DNA from: a virus
DNA: 6,145 nt
IMG/VR virus record: IMGVR_UViG_3300020029_000008
Location: 1-6,145 of that record
Direction: 5' to 3' (one strand)
Positions 1 through 5,734 of the stretch are shown in pieces (position 1 is the first letter of the stretch; every line of letters begins with the position of its first letter). The notes under the pieces were generated by a model, which worked only from the letters and a program-made list of their open reading frames with translations, was not told where the DNA came from and did not search any database. Made by a program: the position numbers and the translations under genes.

Positions 1-121
1 TAACGCGGCGGATAACAACGTGAAAGTGTTTCATAATAGTATAATTTAATGTTTTATTTAGAGCTCATTGTAAAAGCGACTCCATGCGTCTGAATGCTTA
101 ACCCAGAAGTCATAACCCTCA
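1..121. repeat. Terminal direct repeat, copy 1. It is an exact duplicate of 6025..6145, i.e. the assembly overlap of a circular 6,024-nt genome.
   Basis: I compared 1..121 with 6025..6145 base by base and they are identical (offset 6024). The copy contains the first 34 nt (minus strand) of the 107-aa ORF and the 3' end of the 101-aa ORF, so genes run through the junction. Confidence 0.9.
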
Positions 122-363
122 GGAGTTGAGGTGAAAAGAAAAGCAGAAGAGACGAGGGCCTCGGGGCCGAGACTAGGCGTACGATAAGCATGTAAAATGT
201 GTTCACGCAAACAGTCTCGAAAGGTTTTCCGAGCCGTAAGAATGCAGTCATAGTTAGCCCTAAAGGCAGTAAATATGCCTCGACGGACAAGCCACTCTAC
301 AAACGCGTACTCCATAACATCGAGAGCCAGTTTGTCAACTACAGGTCGCTTAAGATTTTTCAT
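58..363 (-). CDS. Hypothetical protein, 101 aa, with no family recognised. It is the first gene of the accessory cassette.
   Basis: ATG at 363..361 and TAA at 60..58. It does not overlap its neighbours, is on the same strand as all hallmark genes, and is preceded by an AT-rich intergenic region with a promoter-like motif. The C-terminus is aromatic-rich (TPEGYDFWVKHSDAWSRFY). Confidence 0.6.
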   Translation of the reverse strand: MKNLKRPVVDKLALDVMEYAFVEWLVRRGIFTAFRANYDCILTARKTFRDCLREHILHAYRTPSLGPEALVSSAFLFTSTPEGYDFWVKHSDAWSRFYNEL

Positions 364-389
364 AATGATAAGATTATTGGTTTACAAGG

Positions 390-420
390 CAAATTTAACG
401 ATAAAAACTTAAAATGCAAA
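390..420 (-). promoter_or_regulatory. Candidate Bacteroides-type sigma-A promoter, with -33 TTTG and -7 TAnnTTTG.
   Basis: On the minus strand, TTTG lies at 420..417, followed by a 19-nt spacer (416..398) and TAAATTTG at 397..390. This matches the published Bacteroides consensus TTTG-N19-21-TAnnTTTG. It sits in the 72-nt intergenic gap between the VP2 stop (436) and the 101-aa ATG (363), which would give a leader of about 20 nt. Confidence 0.45.
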
Positions 421-435
421 AAAAAATCAATAATT

Positions 436-1809
436 CTAACGAGATTTACGGGTATTGCCATACGTACTCGAGTGGCCACTACGAGACATCTCCGTTTTTG
501 CGTAACCAACGACATTTCCTCTCGAATCATAACGAGTTGTCAGCGAAGAGCCTGCGGTACTGCTGGAAGAACCGCCGGCCGAAATAGTGCCAGCGGCGCG
601 AGACATGCCTCCACGAATTATGCCCGCACCGGCGATGCTAGCGGCCGCACCGACCAAGGCTTTGGTAATTTCAACATACGGGTTAACCTTCGCGTTACGA
701 AGAGCAATACGAGCCTGATCGGGAAGAAAATCAGATGCGTTCGCTTCGTTTATAATAGTTTTGTCATAAAAATCCTTAAGAGACATTGAAATTTTAAAAG
801 ACCGGGGACCAGGATTGCCACGAGTAATAGGATTTTTGCTTCTGAGATTCTCTGAATATTGAGGGTTAGGAATTTCAACATCGAAACGCTCTTCCCAATT
901 ACGCGCAAGCTCATTGGCGGCATCGAGGTTGTTTATACGCAAAGATTCTATAACCTCGCGAGCTTGATCACCAAGGGCTTGATTAAGAACAGCCTGAGTA
1001 TTCATCATAAAGGCCTGAGCAGACATAACAGCGCCTAAATGCTCATTCTCAATACCTAAACGCTTAACTAATGCAGCAATATAAGCGGCTTGATTCTTCT
1101 TTTCGTCAATGGAACTCAGAAGAGTGGAATCGGAGATAAATAAATTATTCTTTTCTATATCCTCTTGAATCTTAAGAACATCGCGAGCGGCTAAATTATG
1201 TTTAGTAATAGCTTCATCAAGAGCCACACGGGCTTGAGCCATAGCAACATAAAGTTGATTGCCAACATTCTGGTCATCAATAGAACGAGCCTCCGCCTCA
1301 TCACGATCAGCAGCAGCCTTATTGCGTTCAATGGTTGAATTGACACCCATGGCATCAAGGAAGGTTCCAGCAGCGGCAGAACCAACACCAGAAGGTAGAG
1401 GACTAGAGAAGTCAAAAGATCCACCAGAAGGGCCAGAAGCACCTACAGAACCAGCAGAGCCACCAGGCATAGTAGCATTGACGCCAACGCCTGAAGAACC
1501 AAGGACAGCGGCAGGCGTAACGCCGGCCTTAAGATAGCGATCGAAAACCTTAGAGGGATCATTATAGGCGTTTTCGTAATCAAATTGTTTTTGCCAATTA
1601 GCGTAATTGATCTCACCTTGTTTCTGCATCTGTTCAAGAGCATACTGCTGCTGAAGCTTCATCTGTTTTTGCTGGTACTTCCATTGCCTCTTGAGAGATG
1701 GCTTGAAAAGTCCAGAGGCAACCTGGCCACCAGCGGCAATGCCTGCAGCGCCAAGTATAGCACCTGTGGAAACAGGCTCAACATAAGACTTGAAATCAAC
1801 GATTCTCAT
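436..1809 (-). CDS. VP2: Minor capsid / DNA pilot protein (Microviridae VP2, phiX174 H-like), 457 aa.
   Basis: The N-terminus has a glycine-zipper-like hydrophobic segment (GAILGAAGIAAGGQVASGLF). It is followed by a Gln/Lys-rich coiled-coil-like stretch. It then carries YENAYNDPSKVFDRYLKAGVTPAAVLG, which resembles the conserved Y-N-x-P...R...AG-x-P block of microvirus VP2 proteins. Gly/Ser/Ala-rich tracts follow. Size and position in the VP4-VP1-...-VP2 order fit. Confidence 0.8.
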   Translation of the reverse strand: MRIVDFKSYVEPVSTGAILGAAGIAAGGQVASGLFKPSLKRQWKYQQKQMKLQQQYALEQMQKQGEINYANWQKQFDYENAYNDPSKVFDRYLKAGVTPAAVLGSSGVGVNATMPGGSAGSVGASGPSGGSFDFSSPLPSGVGSAAAGTFLDAMGVNSTIERNKAAADRDEAEARSIDDQNVGNQLYVAMAQARVALDEAITKHNLAARDVLKIQEDIEKNNLFISDSTLLSSIDEKKNQAAYIAALVKRLGIENEHLGAVMSAQAFMMNTQAVLNQALGDQAREVIESLRINNLDAANELARNWEERFDVEIPNPQYSENLRSKNPITRGNPGPRSFKISMSLKDFYDKTIINEANASDFLPDQARIALRNAKVNPYVEITKALVGAAASIAGAGIIRGGMSRAAGTISAGGSSSSTAGSSLTTRYDSRGNVVGYAKTEMSRSGHSSTYGNTRKSR

Positions 1810-1810
1810 A

Positions 1811-2002
1811 TTACGGAAGCGAAAAATTGTTCGAACGAATAATGTAGTCTACACGAACAGTATCAATGTGAATACCTGTTCGAGCAACCTTTGCCTGTGC
1901 AGAACACGAGGACAAGAAAAAGGCAGCCAAAGCAGCGACAATGGACGAGACAAGCGTCCAAAAAGCTTTAGACTTGTAAAAGGGTTCCTTAACGTCTGAC
2001 AT
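1811..2002 (-). CDS. Small predicted lipoprotein of 63 aa, with a mature part of about 31 aa. Function is unknown; it is a candidate lysis or superinfection-exclusion factor.
   Basis: ATG at 2002..2000 and TAA at 1813..1811, only 1 nt before the VP2 ATG. The protein has a Lys-containing n-region (MSDVKEPFYKSKAF) and a hydrophobic core (WTLVSSIVAALAAFF). A lipobox L-S-S-C follows, with Cys33 encoded at 1906..1904 (TGT). Confidence 0.6.
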   Translation of the reverse strand: MSDVKEPFYKSKAFWTLVSSIVAALAAFFLSSCSAQAKVARTGIHIDTVRVDYIIRSNNFSLP

Positions 2003-2006
2003 GATA

Positions 2007-2210
2007 TTAAAAATTTAGGGGGAAGCTACGGTGCCGCACCCTCACTTCGTTCGGGGCGGTTCTCCGAACCGCGAAATGCGTCACCTCGCCACAATGGTGT
2101 AAACAATTGAATAAAGAACGATAGAAAAATGCGCGGCCTCTCCTGCAGTCGTTACCAATAACCTTCAGCAATTCACGGACTCTCGCAGAAGGGGTCCGCG
2201 CACGTAGCAT
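2007..2210 (-). CDS. Small, highly basic Arg/Cys/His-rich protein of 67 aa. It may be a DNA-binding/condensing protein analogous to phiX174 J.
   Basis: ATG at 2210..2208 and TAA at 2009..2007, 4 nt before the next ATG. By my count it has 13 Arg plus 1 Lys against 4 acidic residues. It has a C-x13-C-x-H-H-C-x4-H pattern. The region is visibly more GC-rich than its flanks, so coding status is uncertain. Confidence 0.45.
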   Translation of the reverse strand: MLRARTPSARVRELLKVIGNDCRRGRAFFYRSLFNCLHHCGEVTHFAVRRTAPNEVRVRHRSFPLNF

Positions 2211-2232
2211 ATATCGTCAAGTAAAGGACATA

Positions 2233-2529
2233 CTATTTTTCTTCAGATTTAGATGAGTCCGAAACAGTCTTCGACCTATCTATCTCTGAATCAATAAGTT
2301 CTTGGCCAACCTCGAGGCCATCGAACTTGTCCATACGAGAGAATGAATTAGGGTCGAAATCGATTTCGGGATTAAATCTCTCGCCCTTATCAAAATCAGA
2401 AGGGTCGACCACCACATCCGGACGACCGGGGAGAACATCGACGGTACCAGAACCATCGAGAACGGAAAGAATACGCTGACCGCGAGAAATATAGGTAGGA
2501 GTGTCTTCAAGTAACCAATCAAGTGCCAT
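2233..2529 (-). CDS. Acidic 98-aa protein immediately downstream of the capsid gene; a possible internal scaffolding protein (VP3-like).
   Basis: ATG at 2529..2527, 12 nt after the VP1 stop, and TAG at 2235..2233. I count about 23 Asp/Glu in 98 residues. The scaffold assignment rests on position and charge only, with no motif-level recognition. Confidence 0.55.
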   Translation of the reverse strand: MALDWLLEDTPTYISRGQRILSVLDGSGTVDVLPGRPDVVVDPSDFDKGERFNPEIDFDPNSFSRMDKFDGLEVGQELIDSEIDRSKTVSDSSKSEEK

Positions 2530-2541
2530 AAAATCAATGTA

Positions 2542-4341
2542 TTAACGATTAGACAAACGAGTTGCAAATGTTTTATTGACCAAATTCTTCTTCTGGACCG
2601 AATAGGACATGTTCACAAAAAAATTATCCTCTACGTTTGATTTAAACGGAGAATTGACCTGTGACAAGTCAGTGAAAAGCATCGGATAATAAGAAGTCTC
2701 GGGTAGACTACCAGAGCCACTATAAGTATGAACAGTACGCTGCTGAACCCAATAGGCATAAAGTGGTGTACCAGAACCACCTTCGGAGTCCGGGATACTG
2801 TAAGCCTGAAGTTGTCCTAAAACCTCGTCGTAGGAAGAGCGGAACTCGTTAAAACAAGGTTCTGTAGCAAGGGAGACTCCAGAATTACCATTAAAAGCGA
2901 TTCGAAAAGCGGGCATATCCTGATAGCCGATATCGTTATAAATAGGGTTAAAGTAGTCAGAACCCATATAATTGAGATAGTCAGGCTTAATAAAAGACCA
3001 ATAGTAAACAGGACGAATACTCAACATATCAATCATATAACCAGGCTCACGGAAATAATAAGATTGCCGACGTCCTAACCTGTCATTAAAAGCAATAGCA
3101 CCGCCCTGCTGACCAAGAGGTTGATTACCACCAAAATTGCTATCACCGGATTGATTCATAACAATCTGCACGTTGACAGTTTGCGAGGCACTGAAGAGGA
3201 GTTTGGGCCTATCGACATGCTCGATTTTCGAAGCAAAAAAAGTCTCGAGCCAATCGCTATAACGACTGCCGCCAGCGCCAAGCAAATCCTTGTATTCCTG
3301 GAGACGCGAAGCAATCGCCAACTGAGGAATAGTACCAACTCCAGACATAGACACGGCAGAATTTGAGCCAGTAGGGATAAGACGACTAAATCGGTCGGGG
3401 TTCGAGGGGACTACGGCCATAGGATGCGCAGTAACAAAATAGGCGCAGGAAGAAATACCTGAGGTAGTAGTCGCAGGCGAAGTCTGAATGCTAATACCAG
3501 TAGAGCCCCAAAGTGAGGAAGACGGATAAAGGGTAGAAACAGGAAAACCATCACCGGAGGAAGAACCACTATCCAAATCAGATTTGATTATCTGTGAGAA
3601 AAGATTGCCACGATTAAAGGTATTATTCGAAGAAGTCTGGGCTGACGGGTAAAACTGGCTCTCATAAAAAGCATCAAGAAATTCGAGATTACCGAAACAC
3701 TGCGTAAAGAAGCGGGAATCATCGGAGTTCTCAGGGTCGAGCGTATAAGCGCCACCGGAATAAATAACTTTATTAGCCATGGGCCAGGCGAAAGAGTAAA
3801 GTCCCCACTGCGAATAACCATAATAATTACGAACGATGTCCCAATAGGCCAAATACGAATCCGCGTTGCTCCACCGGTCAATCGTTGAACCAGCGGGAAG
3901 GGCTACGGAGGAAGGAGGAGTAGAGATGCCAGTGGTATACTTATTTGCGATGCGCAACCAAGCCATCAACGAATTCGTATAAGCCGCACCGAAATAACTA
4001 ATGTTCATACCACCCGTTTGAGGCTGACAGGAGACTATCCAGTTCAAGCTCAAACTGTTCATATCGAACTTGCTGCTATTCGTCCGAAGTTCGGGATGAT
4101 ACAACTGAAGCGGTACCCAAAAACGATGAAGTCGAACAGTGTAGGGGTTAAACGTCGGAACGGCAAGCGGATTACTGCGGACGTCAATGCCCTGTTCGAT
4201 AGACACACGGTCTCGAGCGTTAATAAAATCGATTCGCACCGGATACAAAATACCCGGTGTGCAAGTAAAGGCTTTGCTCTCAGGAACGTCGTAACGAGAA
4301 TAACCGTTTACAGCATGAGAAATAAAAGGTTGTTTACCCAT
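2542..4341 (-). CDS. VP1: Major capsid protein (Microviridae VP1 / phiX174 F-like), 599 aa.
   Basis: It is the longest ORF. The N-terminal block PGILYPVRIDFINARDRV...RLHRFWVPLQL corresponds to the conserved G-x-L-x-P...(V/I)-x-P-G-D...FFVP-x-R region of F-family capsids. The central block RLQEYKDLLGAGGSRYSDWLETFF...DRPKLL corresponds to the conserved ...ARGG-(S/T)-RY-x-E-x-(I/L)...F...RP-x-(Y/L)-(L/I) block. Confidence 0.93.
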   Translation of the reverse strand: MGKQPFISHAVNGYSRYDVPESKAFTCTPGILYPVRIDFINARDRVSIEQGIDVRSNPLAVPTFNPYTVRLHRFWVPLQLYHPELRTNSSKFDMNSLSLNWIVSCQPQTGGMNISYFGAAYTNSLMAWLRIANKYTTGISTPPSSVALPAGSTIDRWSNADSYLAYWDIVRNYYGYSQWGLYSFAWPMANKVIYSGGAYTLDPENSDDSRFFTQCFGNLEFLDAFYESQFYPSAQTSSNNTFNRGNLFSQIIKSDLDSGSSSGDGFPVSTLYPSSSLWGSTGISIQTSPATTTSGISSCAYFVTAHPMAVVPSNPDRFSRLIPTGSNSAVSMSGVGTIPQLAIASRLQEYKDLLGAGGSRYSDWLETFFASKIEHVDRPKLLFSASQTVNVQIVMNQSGDSNFGGNQPLGQQGGAIAFNDRLGRRQSYYFREPGYMIDMLSIRPVYYWSFIKPDYLNYMGSDYFNPIYNDIGYQDMPAFRIAFNGNSGVSLATEPCFNEFRSSYDEVLGQLQAYSIPDSEGGSGTPLYAYWVQQRTVHTYSGSGSLPETSYYPMLFTDLSQVNSPFKSNVEDNFFVNMSYSVQKKNLVNKTFATRLSNR

Positions 4342-4344
4342 AAA

Positions 4345-5415
4345 TTAAGTAATTAATTGGAGTTTGTAATGGTCCTGCCAGAATTGGAGGATGTCCAAAT
4401 CCAGCCAGGTAGGAAAGTCTAAATCCGGCATCTTACGAGAGGAGGCGGCGAAGCGCATCATCTGTTTCTGCTCCCACGTATACGTATCTCTACGGGATAC
4501 GGAGGAACGGAGATTGAACCGCTCAACACACAGAGACACAATACGCTGAACCAGAGGAGACTTGCTAAAGCGTGCATAAGAATCAGCAGCGGTAATCGAG
4601 CGAGAAACTTCGTCTTCCGGTTTAAGATATCTAAGATAGTATCGAGGAATCGAGTAATTATAATTGATACGCTTCTCAAAATCAAAATAAGACCACGACG
4701 AGACACAAGCAGAAGGGCGAGACATATAACCAAGAAAATCACCAACGCCAGCAGATACGAATTTTCGCGTATAACGGCGATGTTGGAGGAGGCAAGATAA
4801 AGGTATAAGTTTTCCATCTACGGTAACATATTTATCCGAAATTTCTTCGGGATTAAATTGAATTTGTTTAGTAACATACTTTACGCAATAGCGAGCGCGC
4901 TTATGGGTAGCCTTTGCCAGCCACACAAAACCAAGGTCACGGACAGCTGATCGGATGTCATTGTACATACAATCAGTTCCAAAGAGAAAACCATGAAAGT
5001 GAAGGCGTGGAGCTGATCCTGTTTCTGGGTGGGTGCCAAACTCCTGGAAAAACGCATGTTTAAAGGAGTGGCCGATCTTATGGCGAATACGCTCATTCCA
5101 TCGTCGGATAAACTTAGAAGGATCTCGCAATGCTTCATCGTAATACCTCGGAGATATTGTTATCGTAATAAAAATAGCCTGCCGAGACTCAGCCTTACAG
5201 CGAGCAAGCTCACGCTCCAGACGCACAAACCAATCATTACGCTGGCGACGCAAACAGTCTTCGCACTTACCGCACGGGACCATGAGCCATTGACGAGCGA
5301 TATCCCAAGGTCGAAGAGCTAAAGCAGATTTAGCAACATCGGAGCCATTACGACAAGGATTCTTCTTGTCATAATAACGACGATTCCGTATCCATATGGG
5401 AGACAAGCAAGCCAT
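4345..5415 (-). CDS. VP4: Rolling-circle replication initiator, HUH endonuclease (Microviridae VP4 / phiX174 A-like), 356 aa.
   Basis: Motif I is AIFITITISP. Motif II (HUH) is RLHFHGFLFG, with His139 at 5001..4999. Motif III is the two-tyrosine YCVKYVTK (Tyr176 at 4890..4888, Tyr180 at 4878..4876), which matches the phiX174 A pattern Y-x-x-K-Y-V-x-K. The N-terminus has a Cys cluster PCGKCEDC. The TAA stop lies 3 nt before the VP1 ATG. Confidence 0.92.
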   Translation of the reverse strand: MACLSPIWIRNRRYYDKKNPCRNGSDVAKSALALRPWDIARQWLMVPCGKCEDCLRRQRNDWFVRLERELARCKAESRQAIFITITISPRYYDEALRDPSKFIRRWNERIRHKIGHSFKHAFFQEFGTHPETGSAPRLHFHGFLFGTDCMYNDIRSAVRDLGFVWLAKATHKRARYCVKYVTKQIQFNPEEISDKYVTVDGKLIPLSCLLQHRRYTRKFVSAGVGDFLGYMSRPSACVSSWSYFDFEKRINYNYSIPRYYLRYLKPEDEVSRSITAADSYARFSKSPLVQRIVSLCVERFNLRSSVSRRDTYTWEQKQMMRFAASSRKMPDLDFPTWLDLDILQFWQDHYKLQLIT

Positions 5416-5615
5416 CAGAAGAGACTCTTAAGACAATCGAATTTAACATAAGGATTAGTACGACAACAAAAAACAAGGTAGTCATTCGCAGAAGTTTTAT
5501 CGGCAAACCAAGCGATAATGACTCGTTTTCTGCCACGGTACGCGCCAATCGAATAACGATAAGGAGCACCTTCGATGACAGGAGAATACCTGGGTTTAAA
5601 ATCAAAATAATCCAT
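5415..5615 (-). CDS. Small basic hypothetical protein of 66 aa from the ATG at 5615. The ORF extends to 75 aa if the TTG at 5642 is used.
   Basis: Its TGA stop (5417..5415) overlaps the VP4 ATG (5415..5413) as TGATG, the classic translational-coupling arrangement. The first codon of the 75-aa ORF in the track is TTG, not ATG; the first ATG is at 5615..5613. No family is recognised. Confidence 0.5.
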   Translation of the reverse strand: MDYFDFKPRYSPVIEGAPYRYSIGAYRGRKRVIIAWFADKTSANDYLVFCCRTNPYVKFDCLKSLF

Positions 5616-5652
5616 AATTCTAAAATTAGAATACTCCGGCAAACGAATGAGT

Positions 5653-5691
5653 AAAAAGAACCCTTAGGAGATACGAAGTCTCCTAGGGTTC
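5653..5691 (-). terminator. Intrinsic (rho-independent) terminator-like hairpin plus T-tract downstream of the 107-aa ORF.
   Basis: The minus strand reads GAACCCTAGGAGA-CTTCGTA-TCTCCTAAGGGTTC followed directly by TTTTTAC. That is a 13-bp GC-containing stem with one bulged base and a 7-nt loop (5658..5691), then a T5 tract (5657..5653). It lies 43 nt after the 107-aa stop. Confidence 0.55.
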
Positions 5692-5734
5692 AACGAGTTA
5701 AAGAACTCTTCCACCAAGCGGGCGGGTGACTACC

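Noticed and set aside
1-121. The 121-bp direct repeats at both ends could be LTR-like or att-like boundaries of an integrated or mobile element.
   Set aside because: The repeat is exact. Two ORFs continue through it, and the unit between repeats is a complete microvirus genome with no integrase or host flank. Overlap from a circular assembly is the simplest explanation.
469-492. Clustered palindromes (CTCGAG, AGTGGCCACT, TACGTA) near the 3' end of VP2, followed about 45 nt later by a T9 run on the minus strand (426..418). This could be a terminator for VP2.
   Set aside because: The palindromes have essentially no loops and are not adjacent to the T-run, so this is not a canonical intrinsic terminator. 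The T-run is better explained as part of the AT-rich promoter region containing the -33 TTTG.
199-789. A 196-aa plus-strand ORF, the longest ORF on the plus strand.
   Set aside because: It is antisense to the 3' part of VP2 and the 5' part of the 101-aa ORF, and it runs straight through the AT-rich intergenic promoter region. The product is low-complexity and Arg/Ser/Thr-rich, and microviruses encode all genes on one strand. The same reasoning rejects the plus-strand ORFs at 1259..1537, 1585..1842, 1790..1999, 3121..3366, 4018..4356 and 5029..5322.
1191-1643. Same-strand alternate-frame ORFs inside VP2 (1191..1442, 1443..1643). Similar ones lie inside VP1 (3156..3338, 3588..3881), VP4 (4458..4817, 4881..5138), the small ORF (5369..5605) and the 101-aa ORF (54..290).
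   Set aside because: All are Leu/Ile/Val-rich in the same way. This points to a frame-composition artefact of the coding strand rather than selected overprinted genes, and no start context or motif supports them. Overlapping genes do exist in Microviridae, so only comparative analysis could rescue any of them.
2002-2013. TGATATTAA on the plus strand resembles the core of the phiX174 origin nick site (CAACTTGATATTAATAAC).
   Set aside because: It lies on the strand complementary to the mRNA-sense (packaged) strand, whereas Rep nicks the packaged strand. The match is short and AT-rich, and it overlaps the stop/start junction of two ORFs. It is likely coincidental.
2007-2232. A possible tRNA or other small RNA gene in the GC-rich island.
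   Set aside because: I could not fold a cloverleaf with acceptor, D, anticodon and T arms on either strand, and saw no GTTCGAATC-like T-loop. The region is fully covered by an ORF with tight junctions to its neighbours. It is kept only as an alternative in the finding above.
2527-2547. The VP1 stop codon (TAA, 2544..2542) and the 98-aa ORF are in the same frame with no other stop in the 12-nt spacer. Read-through would give a C-terminally extended capsid protein.
   Set aside because: Sharing a frame has a one-in-three chance. TAA is the least read-through-prone stop and is not the codon reassigned in known recoded gut phages. No read-through context or structure is evident.
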